Virus record (IMG/VR): IMGVR_UViG_3300048672_000524
Location: 64,001-103,964 of that record
DNA: 39,964 nt
Origin: a virus
Lineage: Duplodnaviria > Heunggongvirae > Uroviricota > Caudoviricetes
Strand: one strand, 5' to 3'
Positions 14,879 through 23,969 of the stretch are shown here, piece by piece. Each line of letters starts with the position of its first letter. The stretch's first letter is position 1. The position numbers were made by a program, and so were the translations under genes. A model generated the notes under the pieces. It searched no databases, was not told where the DNA came from, and saw only the letters and a program-made list of their open reading frames with translations.

Positions 14879-17800
14879 ATGGCCGATAATATCGCTAATA
14901 TTACTCTCAAGGTAAAAGCCGAGGGTATGACCGAGAATGTAAAGAATTCTCAGCTAATCAAAGATAACTTAACTGCTGCAAGTTCAGTTTCAAATAAAAT
15001 TAACTCAAAAGTAGCTTCTGCTACTTCACCAACTGCATCTGCTGCTAGAGCAGGTGCACGTACGCCTATTGAAAACCTAGACTATGCAGTAGGTAGATCG
15101 ACTATCGGTACTGGTGCTGCATCAAGAGACTTTGCTAAGCAAGCTCAAGGACTAAGTGGTTTAGTACACCTATACGCTACTTTTGCTGCTAATATCTTCG
15201 CAGCTGGTGCAGCATTCAGAGCACTTTCTAGTGCTATGGATACTAGCAATATGGTAAAAGGTCTAGACCAACTTGGATCAGCAGTAGGTAAGAATTTAGT
15301 ATTTACTGCTAAACAATTAGCTATTGTATCAGATGGTGCTCTGTCTCTAAAAGATGCGATGCAAGCAACAGCTATGGCGTCCTCTGCAGGTCTTAGCTCA
15401 GATCAAATCTCAAAACTAGGTGAAGTCGCTAAGAAGTCATCACAGGCTCTAGGTAGAGACATGAGTGATGCGTTCTCTCGTCTAAGTCGTGGTATTACTA
15501 AGTTAGAACCTGAACTACTAGATGAACTAGGCTTATTCACTAAAATTGGTCCTGCTACTGAAAACTATGCTCGTTCTGTAGGTAAATCCGTAACAAGTCT
15601 TACAGACTTTGAAAAGCGCCAGGCTTTCGCTAATGCAGTTCTAAAAGAAGGTTTAGATAAATTCAGTGGTATTAACCTAGAATCTAACCCTTTTAGTAAA
15701 TTACTAGCTTCTGCTACTAATCTAATGCAGACTGGTTTAGAACTAGTAAATAAAGTACTAGGTCCTGTTGCTAAGCTACTTTCTGAATCTCCTACAGCTC
15801 TACTAGGTGTTATCACTTTAATAGGTGCTAAGCTATTATCTACAGCTATGCCAGCGCTTGTACATTGGCGCGAAAACTTAAAGGGTGCTGCTGTAGATGC
15901 TGCAAAAACTGCCAAGGCTTTTAGGGACTCATTCGGTGATGAATTCCAAAGTAAGCTAGATCAAGTATTCAAGATTCCTGATCTACAGAAACAGTTAAAG
16001 AAAGCTGAAGATGACATTGTAGCTTTCAAGAAGAATACTTCTGGAGCTATTGGTGGTATTGATAGTATAAAGAGTAAATCTTTAGGTAGTATCTTATCTG
16101 ACCCTATTAATGATCAAACTAGCAAGAATTTATCTGGTGTACAAAGCTTACTTACTGGTAGACTTAAACTACTAGCTGCAGATGCAGATGGTACTAAGAA
16201 GTTAGAAGCTGCAAAGAAAGCACAACTAGATACTGAAGTTAAGGGTCTTACTCAAGTAATCGAACAGACTAAAGCATTACGTGCTTTAGAAGATGCTAGA
16301 GCTAAAAAGAAGATTGAACTTGATACAGCATATGCTGCACAGCAAACTTCTGCGGATAAACCTGTAGGATTCCTAGATCCTGAAAGAATTGCTACTGCTA
16401 AAGCTGTGAAGCTAGAGCAACAAGCTGCTAAGGCTGGCATTGTATCTAATGCTGCATATAATGCTTCAATTTTAGGTGTACGTGGCAGCTGGCAACTTCT
16501 TAATCAAGAAATTGAAAAGAATGGTATCACGGGTATTTCTAAGTATACTACTCTAGCTAAGGGTGGGTTAACTGCAGTAGCCACAAGAGTAATGGGTATT
16601 GCTAGTGCCTTTAGTAGTATTGGTATGGTAATTGCCGTAGCAATTGGTGCTTTCCAACTACTAGATTCTTGGTTTTCTAATAACTCCAAAGAATCAGCGG
16701 CTACTAGTGATGCATTTGAAAAGCTACACAGTACTGCAGCTCTTGTAGATGAAGTACTTGGTAACATAGCTAAGAAAGATCCTTTAGCTGCTATTTCTAC
16801 AGCCTCTATTAATGCTAGAGCTTCTAGTCTTAATGAGTTAGCAGATACATTAGCTTCTACTTTTGATAGAGTAAAAGCACAGATTGATAAAACTAATTGG
16901 TGGGATTCACTAATTAATGGTACAAAAGGTTTAGTAGGTAAAGATGTAATTTCTTCTAGCGCTAAAGAATTTGCGTACAGTATTACTCAGGCACTAAAGG
17001 TAGCAATGCCTGGTGCAAAAACAGATAAAGCACTGGGTGATGTATCTACCCTATTAGGAGTAGACCCTAGAGACTTCAAAGCAGTAATGCAAGTAGTAGG
17101 TTCTAGTGAAGAAGTATTCCTTAACCTAGCTCCTAAGGTTACTGCTAGACTTAAAGAACTTGGTATTGAATTAGGTAATACAGCATCTAATGCTAAGCAA
17201 CTAGATATGTCTTTTGAGGCAGCTAGTAAGCAAATGGATATCGTACTTAACTCAGCTGTACCAAGTGAGCCTATGGCTAAACTTGGTATGGATTTCATTG
17301 CCATTGGTAGTGAAATGAGTAACGCACTTAAAGACCCTATTACTTCTTTAAGTCAGCTAGCTGAAATTAGTGGTAATACTGCTAAGCTACGTTTCTTTCC
17401 AAGTGATATAGCACAAAACTTACAATCTAACTCTGCAGAAATTAAGAAAACCGTATCTTATATTTCCGAACTAACAGCAGCAACAGAACAGCTAAATGCT
17501 AAAGAATCCGCATTAGCTGCTAAGCGTAAAATGTGGACTGAGCGTTACATGGCTGCTAGTGGTGGTAAGGACTCTGCTTATATCCAAGGCCAAATTAACA
17601 AAGAAATGGGTGGAGAAGAAAAACAAGTTTCTCAAGCCAAATCTTATATTAGTGGGCTACTAGCTACCCAAACAAAGATTATTGAACCTTATATGGATAG
17701 GTTCAAGAAAGCTAACGCTGAGGTCTTTGCTATTGGTGCTGATATGGTAAGCACTGCAATTGCACAAGGTTTTACTAAAGCAGCTATTACTGTTCAAACA

Positions 17801-20800
17801 GCTTTTGCGGGTGCTTTAAGTGGTACAGTAGCAGGAGCAGACCTTGGAGCTTCATTACAAAATCAGTCAATTAGCTTACAAATAGCTTCCAATAACGCTA
17901 CATTAAGTTTAGTAGAAGCAACGGAGAAGCTACGTAGTACTAATGAAGAAACTAACCTACGCATGGCGAAGCAGGATTTATCAATTAACCCTAAGGGTTC
18001 TAGACTTGATAATGAACGAGCACTACATTCGATTGATGATAAACTAGAAGCTGTAATTAAAGCGCGTGACTTATATAAAGGTCCTCGCGCTATGCAAGAG
18101 ATTGCAGGGACTAATGGACTACGTAGTGATAACGAGTCAGTAGTTGAAGCAGCACGTGGTAGACTAGCTAGCGTAGAACAGAAGACAGCTATTGCTAGTC
18201 AAAACGCTCAATTAGCTGCACAGCAGAAGTCTAATCTAATTAACAAAGAGCTCCAACAACGCAGTATATTAGCAGGATACGCTAAGCAAGAGCTTTCATA
18301 TGAAGGTAATTCCTTATCTAATAATAAGACTATGCTAGATATGCAGCATCAGTATGCTGATTTCTTATCTGAAGAATCTATCTTAAGTAAGAATTCACTA
18401 GATGATAAAATTGCGGCCAACAAATATACTTTAGAACAGTTCGATTTAGTAAAGAAAATATTTGATGCACAGTACGTTATTGATAATTCTGGTAATGATA
18501 GCACAAAGGCTAAAGCGCTTGCTTCTCAAACAGAATACTATAACCAGTTAGCTTCTTTAGGGAAGAAAGAGACTCAAGATGAGAATACTCGTAATGCTCA
18601 AACTGCTCAATTTAAACTAGCTAACAATAAAAAGGTTACTGACGCACAATTAGCCTCTGAAGAATTAGTATTTAATACTCGTTCAATAGTTGAGAATACT
18701 CTACTAACATTACGTGAAGATAACTTAAGTAAATTAAGTACTTTAGGTGCTACTAGTCCAGAAGATGCAGCACGTGAACAAGGTATTCTAGATATTGAAA
18801 AAGAACGCTTACGTAATAAAGAACAATTATTTAGACTAGATAAAGAAAGTAAAGCAGCGCAAGCTGATCTAACCTTAAAAATTGGATCAACAGCAGATGG
18901 TGCTGAAAAAGAAGCCTTAAAGCAGAAACTAACAGATACACAAGCATACTATAATTCTAGTATTGCTGCTGAAAATCAATTAACTCAATCTAGAGTAGCG
19001 GGTGTAGCTGCTTTAACTGATCAAAAAGTACAATTAGCTCAAGTAGCTGATATTACTAATAGTTTAAATGTACTATTTAAAGATCTCGGTAGTACAATGG
19101 GTGGAGTACTATCTGCTATTACTAGCATGGGTACTTCAATGAAGGCTCAAGCTGATGCGGTAGAACAAAATACTGCTGCACAAAAAGCAGCCCAGAGCAT
19201 TATTAGTGATGGCGTTAGTTCTGTAAAAGCTAAAGAAGATGCAGAAGCTGCCTTAACTGATGCAAAGACTAAAGGACTACTACTAGAGAAAAGTGGTACT
19301 AAACTAGAACTTGATAATGCTTCTAAAGTAACTGGAGCTACTAAGAAATTATTTGCCGAGAAGACGTTTGCGTTCAAAGCGCTAGCTAATGTTGAAAAGG
19401 CTATGCACATTGCTAAATTAGCAATGATGATTAAAGAAATGTTCTTAGATACTACTGTAACTAGTGCGCATATTGCTAATACTGCTGCCGCAGCTACAGT
19501 AGATGGTGCAGGTGCTGTTGTTAACCAAGGTAAGGGTGATCCTTATACCGCGTTTGCTAGAATGGCAGCCATGGCTGCAATTGTAGCAACAGTATTAAGT
19601 AGCATTGGTGGTAAAGGTAGTAAGATTGCTATACCAGCAGGTATGTCTGCAAAAGATAGACAAGAAACTCAAGGTACAGGATACTCTCACGATGCTCTAA
19701 CTGGTAAAAAGGTAGAGAATGGGGGTGGAGTATATGGTGATCCAGCCGCGCATACACAGTCAATTGCTAAGTCATTAGAAATTGTTAAGGCTACATCTAT
19801 TGAAGGGTTAGACTCTTCAAATCAGATGGTTAAACTACTATCTAATATCGATGTCGGTATTAACGGAGTAGCTAAGTCTTTATACGGTATGCAAGGTGTG
19901 AGAACCTCACTAGATAGTACTAGTGTTACTAAGAATAATTTAGGAGCCGCAGCTAGCGCTGTAGCAGGATTAATCTTAGGCGGCCCAGTAGGGGCTATTA
20001 TTGGTGGTATTAGTTCTAAGGTTAGTGGTGCTATTTTTGGTAAAACTACTGTAACTAAAGATTTAATCGATTCTGGTGTGTCTCTAAAGGGTTCACTAAT
20101 TGATCTAGCTACTAATGCCAATAAAGCTGCTCAGGCTTTCCAAAATATAAATACTACTACTAAAAATAGTGGTGCACTATTTGGATTAATTGGTGGTGGA
20201 ACTAGTAGTAAAGTTTCTACAGAGTTCTCAAATCTAAGCCCGGAGTATACTAAAGAACTTCAATCAGTATTTAGCTACTCAGTTAATTTAATGGAACAGT
20301 TAGGTAGTTCTTTAGGTAAATCTAAGGAATCCGTCGATGCTATTCTTAAAACTATTGACGTAAGTAGTTTTACTTCATTAAAAGATTTAACTGGACAAGA
20401 CTTCGTAGATGCTTTATCTGGAATGATTAATACTGCTCTCGATAAAGCTAGTACTGGCCTATTCTCAGATATTGTAAATAAGTATAAAACTATTGGCGAA
20501 TCCGCACTACAAACCGTAGTGCGTGTAATTGATAGTAATGATAAGGTTAATTTAGCTCTACAAGCTATGGGTGCTAATACTGTTGACGCAGTACTTAATG
20601 CTCAAAATGCAGCTGGTAAGCTAACTAAGACTGTACTAACTATGACTACTACCTCTACAGGTGGTATTTATAAATGGTTAGGAAATACACTTAAAGCTAT
20701 TACTACTGGTACTACTAGTATTCAGAAGTATACAGCTGAAGATATTAAACAAGCAAGTATTGATATTACAGAGGCTCTAGTAGCTGCTGCTGGTAGTCTT

Positions 20801-22282
20801 GACAAATTTGTATCGCAGTCAAAATTCTTCACAGATAACTTCTTAACTGAATCAGAACGTTTAGCTCCAATTCAACAATCACTAAACGATAAGTTTGCTG
20901 CTCTAGGTATTTCAGGTATCGATTCAAGAGATGCCTTTAAGAAACTAGTTTTAAGTCTCGATCTTACTACTAAGTCAGGTCAGGATATGTACCAAAGTCT
21001 AATGGATATGGCTTCTTCTTTTGCTATGGTTTATCCACAGCTACAGAAGTCAATGACTGCGGAAGAATATAGAACAAAAATACTTAGCGATGAAATAGAA
21101 ATTCAAAAGCTGCTTGGTAACGTTTACAAAGCCACTCTAATGAGTAGAGAAGAAGAGCTTGCTCAACTTGCTCTATACCCAGAAGAACAGGCTAAAGTAC
21201 TAATTGCTAACCGTAAAACAGTATACGCTTTACAAGATGCAATAGCTGCTACTAACCAACGTGTTAATATACTTAAAGCCGAAGGTAAGACTACTGAAGC
21301 TCTAACCTTACAACGTAAGCTAGAGCTACTAAATATGGATGATAGACTACGTGCTAGTCAAGAGTATATTTATGCTCTAACTGACGAAGCAAGTATTTTA
21401 TCAGATCTTACTAAAGCACGTGATACTGAAAAAACTGCACTTGATACAACTATTAGTAGTATCAAGGGATTTGTTGATAATATTAAGAAGTATAAAGCTT
21501 CATTACTGAGTGGTTCAGGTTCTATCCTAACTCCTCAACAAAAATATCAACAAGCCAAGCAAGAACTAAATAAACTAGCTTCATTATCTCTATCTCCTGC
21601 TGTTACTGATGCTGAAAAGGTAGTACAGAAGGATGCTTTAGATAACTTAAGTAGTGCTGCGCAAGCTTTCCTAGATTCCTCACAAGGAATGTTTGCTAGT
21701 TCTGATCAATATGTTACTGATTACAATTCAGTAATGCAAATTCTTGATCAAACTTCAAACGTACTAGGGGAACAACAAAGTGCTGCTCAACAACAACTAG
21801 ATCAATTAGTTTCAAGTACCGCATTCTTGGATAGTATTAATGCCAATACTAAAACAACTGCTCAACTACTATCTGATTACTTTGCTGCCCAGCAGGCAAC
21901 TGCCCTAGCAAAGATCGCCGCCGATGCGGCACCTTCTGCAGCTATTACTTCTGCAGATGTACAAGGTAGTTTAGCTAGTTTAGTAGAAACCGCTTCAAGT
22001 ACTAATGTATCAATTCCAGAAGCTCCAAGTAGAGCTACTGCTCAATCAGTACCTGTCGTTGATACTACTATGACAGATCAAATTTCATCTTTAACAGCTC
22101 AGATATCTTCTCTACAAGCAGAAGTTGCAGGTCTAAGAGCAGACCAGGCTGCACAAACAGCTGCACTTATTAATACTAATGTTGCGGCTACTACTAGTGT
22201 TGCTACTGCTGTAACCTCTACTGCAAAAAATGCAGCGGTTACACAAGTATGGAACAGTAGAAATATCCCAGCAATAGCGTAA
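14879..22282 (+). CDS. tape measure protein (2467 aa)
   Basis: Follows the TACs; long Ala/Leu/Ser/Lys helical ORF; N-terminal 'LYATFAANIFA...LGRDMSDAFSRL.RG..KLEPELLDELG' resembles T5 pb2. Confidence 0.93.
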   Translation: MADNIANITLKVKAEGMTENVKNSQLIKDNLTAASSVSNKINSKVASATSPTASAARAGARTPIENLDYAVGRSTIGTGAASRDFAKQAQGLSGLVHLYATFAANIFAAGAAFRALSSAMDTSNMVKGLDQLGSAVGKNLVFTAKQLAIVSDGALSLKDAMQATAMASSAGLSSDQISKLGEVAKKSSQALGRDMSDAFSRLSRGITKLEPELLDELGLFTKIGPATENYARSVGKSVTSLTDFEKRQAFANAVLKEGLDKFSGINLESNPFSKLLASATNLMQTGLELVNKVLGPVAKLLSESPTALLGVITLIGAKLLSTAMPALVHWRENLKGAAVDAAKTAKAFRDSFGDEFQSKLDQVFKIPDLQKQLKKAEDDIVAFKKNTSGAIGGIDSIKSKSLGSILSDPINDQTSKNLSGVQSLLTGRLKLLAADADGTKKLEAAKKAQLDTEVKGLTQVIEQTKALRALEDARAKKKIELDTAYAAQQTSADKPVGFLDPERIATAKAVKLEQQAAKAGIVSNAAYNASILGVRGSWQLLNQEIEKNGITGISKYTTLAKGGLTAVATRVMGIASAFSSIGMVIAVAIGAFQLLDSWFSNNSKESAATSDAFEKLHSTAALVDEVLGNIAKKDPLAAISTASINARASSLNELADTLASTFDRVKAQIDKTNWWDSLINGTKGLVGKDVISSSAKEFAYSITQALKVAMPGAKTDKALGDVSTLLGVDPRDFKAVMQVVGSSEEVFLNLAPKVTARLKELGIELGNTASNAKQLDMSFEAASKQMDIVLNSAVPSEPMAKLGMDFIAIGSEMSNALKDPITSLSQLAEISGNTAKLRFFPSDIAQNLQSNSAEIKKTVSYISELTAATEQLNAKESALAAKRKMWTERYMAASGGKDSAYIQGQINKEMGGEEKQVSQAKSYISGLLATQTKIIEPYMDRFKKANAEVFAIGADMVSTAIAQGFTKAAITVQTAFAGALSGTVAGADLGASLQNQSISLQIASNNATLSLVEATEKLRSTNEETNLRMAKQDLSINPKGSRLDNERALHSIDDKLEAVIKARDLYKGPRAMQEIAGTNGLRSDNESVVEAARGRLASVEQKTAIASQNAQLAAQQKSNLINKELQQRSILAGYAKQELSYEGNSLSNNKTMLDMQHQYADFLSEESILSKNSLDDKIAANKYTLEQFDLVKKIFDAQYVIDNSGNDSTKAKALASQTEYYNQLASLGKKETQDENTRNAQTAQFKLANNKKVTDAQLASEELVFNTRSIVENTLLTLREDNLSKLSTLGATSPEDAAREQGILDIEKERLRNKEQLFRLDKESKAAQADLTLKIGSTADGAEKEALKQKLTDTQAYYNSSIAAENQLTQSRVAGVAALTDQKVQLAQVADITNSLNVLFKDLGSTMGGVLSAITSMGTSMKAQADAVEQNTAAQKAAQSIISDGVSSVKAKEDAEAALTDAKTKGLLLEKSGTKLELDNASKVTGATKKLFAEKTFAFKALANVEKAMHIAKLAMMIKEMFLDTTVTSAHIANTAAAATVDGAGAVVNQGKGDPYTAFARMAAMAAIVATVLSSIGGKGSKIAIPAGMSAKDRQETQGTGYSHDALTGKKVENGGGVYGDPAAHTQSIAKSLEIVKATSIEGLDSSNQMVKLLSNIDVGINGVAKSLYGMQGVRTSLDSTSVTKNNLGAAASAVAGLILGGPVGAIIGGISSKVSGAIFGKTTVTKDLIDSGVSLKGSLIDLATNANKAAQAFQNINTTTKNSGALFGLIGGGTSSKVSTEFSNLSPEYTKELQSVFSYSVNLMEQLGSSLGKSKESVDAILKTIDVSSFTSLKDLTGQDFVDALSGMINTALDKASTGLFSDIVNKYKTIGESALQTVVRVIDSNDKVNLALQAMGANTVDAVLNAQNAAGKLTKTVLTMTTTSTGGIYKWLGNTLKAITTGTTSIQKYTAEDIKQASIDITEALVAAAGSLDKFVSQSKFFTDNFLTESERLAPIQQSLNDKFAALGISGIDSRDAFKKLVLSLDLTTKSGQDMYQSLMDMASSFAMVYPQLQKSMTAEEYRTKILSDEIEIQKLLGNVYKATLMSREEELAQLALYPEEQAKVLIANRKTVYALQDAIAATNQRVNILKAEGKTTEALTLQRKLELLNMDDRLRASQEYIYALTDEASILSDLTKARDTEKTALDTTISSIKGFVDNIKKYKASLLSGSGSILTPQQKYQQAKQELNKLASLSLSPAVTDAEKVVQKDALDNLSSAAQAFLDSSQGMFASSDQYVTDYNSVMQILDQTSNVLGEQQSAAQQQLDQLVSSTAFLDSINANTKTTAQLLSDYFAAQQATALAKIAADAAPSAAITSADVQGSLASLVETASSTNVSIPEAPSRATAQSVPVVDTTMTDQISSLTAQISSLQAEVAGLRADQAAQTAALINTNVAATTSVATAVTSTAKNAAVTQVWNSRNIPAIA

Positions 22283-22285
22283 TAC

Positions 22286-22313
22286 ATAGCCCCCGGAGAG
22301 ATTCGGGGGCTAT
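22286..22313 (+). other. stable stem-loop without a U-tract after the tape measure gene
   Basis: ATAGCCCCCGGA-GAGA-TTCGGGGGCTAT (GNRA loop). Confidence 0.7.
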
Positions 22314-22328
22314 TCCTCAGGAACCTAT

Positions 22329-23969
22329 ATGGCGTATACTAATTATTCACAGGCTTGGTTAGAAGACCAGTCTTCGATTAGATCAATCTTTGTTGTTGCT
22401 AATGTACTTTACGATAGTACAGGATTAGGTACATCCTATGTTTCTACACCATTATATTTTTCATCAGATGGTTATATAACTACTGATGGATTGATTAGCT
22501 TTAATCCAATTATTAGAGGCGATATTACTTTATCAGAATCTATAACTTCTGATGGTAATATTACTATGTCATTTGGAGATATTTCACTATCTAATTTTAA
22601 TGGTGAAATAGACTCGTACCTTGATAATAATAAATACATTTGGGTTAATCAATCCATACAGATCTACCTTGGAGACCCTACATGGGCCGCAGTCAATACA
22701 GACTTCTCTATTAGTACTAGTAAATTTAAACTAGTATTTAATGGAATAATGGATGATATTGATTGTAAATCAAGAACAGAATTAAATATTAAGCTTAGAG
22801 ACAAGCTGGAAAAGCTTAATAGTCCATTAACAGAAAACAAATTAGGCGTTTATGGTACCTGGGTAAACTCAGTACAAAATGCCGATAATATTAAGCCCTT
22901 AGTATTTGGTGAAGTATTTAATATGTCACCACTACTTATTGATCCTAATAACGGCGGTGGCCAGTATATGGTTAATGATGGGGCTGTAGCTGAAGTAATT
23001 GAGATCAGAGATAATGGAGTCCCAATTTACCAAAATGGTAGTTCAGTTTATACTGGTGCTACTGTTAATACTTCTACTGGTACATTTATCCTTACGTATC
23101 CACCTTCTGGTACTATAACTGCGTCCGTACGAGGAGTTAATAATTCTATTAACTTAAGCACTGGGGCCTTAGTTACTGGTACATATACTAATAAAGTAGC
23201 TAATTTAATAGCACTTATTACCACACAGTATGGTAAAGCCAATTCTAGGTTAGTAGCTGCTGATTTAGACTTAACTAACTTATCAGCTTTTGATTCTGCT
23301 AATACTCAACCAGTAGGTATAGTAATTACAGATAGAACAAATGTACTAACAGTATGTCAGGATTTAGCTTCAAGTTTAGGTACGCAACTTTATTTTAATA
23401 GAGAAGGTAAATTACAGCTTATTAAATATGGTGTAGGTATAACACCTGCACAGGATACTAATATAACAATAGGAGTTGCTTCTCCTATTACAGAATCAGA
23501 CATTATATTTGATTCTATTTCCATCAGTAGTAAGGTTCCTTTTTCTGGAGCTATTAAGTTAGGCTACTGTAAGAATTGGACAGTACAGGATAGTCTAGTT
23601 ACTGCAATACCTGCAGATCATAAAGATATGTTTGCTACAGAGTGGTTAACAGTAACTTCAACAGCTAGTCCTACTCTTGTAGCAAACTATAAGTTAGATA
23701 TTGATCCACCCCAAAAAGATACAATGCTTCTAGTATCTACGGATGCTACTACTGAAGCTACAAGATTAGTTACTTACTATTCTACTCAACGCTTTGTCTA
23801 TAAGTTTACAGGCGTACCGAAACTACTAGCTCTACGACTAGGGCAGCAAGTATACTTAGCACATTCCAGATTTAATCTGTATAATTCTGGTGCTGGTAAA
23901 TTAGGTCAGGTAGTAAGTATTAGTCCTAACTGGACTACAACACATATTGATATTGAGGTAATTATTTAA
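22329..23969 (+). CDS. baseplate hub / tail tip protein
   Basis: First gene after the TMP; 'KPLVFGEVFNMSPLLID', 'VIEIRDNGV', 'LRLGQQVYL.H.RF.L' hub-like motifs; not T5 pb3-like by recall. Confidence 0.65.
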   Translation: MAYTNYSQAWLEDQSSIRSIFVVANVLYDSTGLGTSYVSTPLYFSSDGYITTDGLISFNPIIRGDITLSESITSDGNITMSFGDISLSNFNGEIDSYLDNNKYIWVNQSIQIYLGDPTWAAVNTDFSISTSKFKLVFNGIMDDIDCKSRTELNIKLRDKLEKLNSPLTENKLGVYGTWVNSVQNADNIKPLVFGEVFNMSPLLIDPNNGGGQYMVNDGAVAEVIEIRDNGVPIYQNGSSVYTGATVNTSTGTFILTYPPSGTITASVRGVNNSINLSTGALVTGTYTNKVANLIALITTQYGKANSRLVAADLDLTNLSAFDSANTQPVGIVITDRTNVLTVCQDLASSLGTQLYFNREGKLQLIKYGVGITPAQDTNITIGVASPITESDIIFDSISISSKVPFSGAIKLGYCKNWTVQDSLVTAIPADHKDMFATEWLTVTSTASPTLVANYKLDIDPPQKDTMLLVSTDATTEATRLVTYYSTQRFVYKFTGVPKLLALRLGQQVYLAHSRFNLYNSGAGKLGQVVSISPNWTTTHIDIEVII

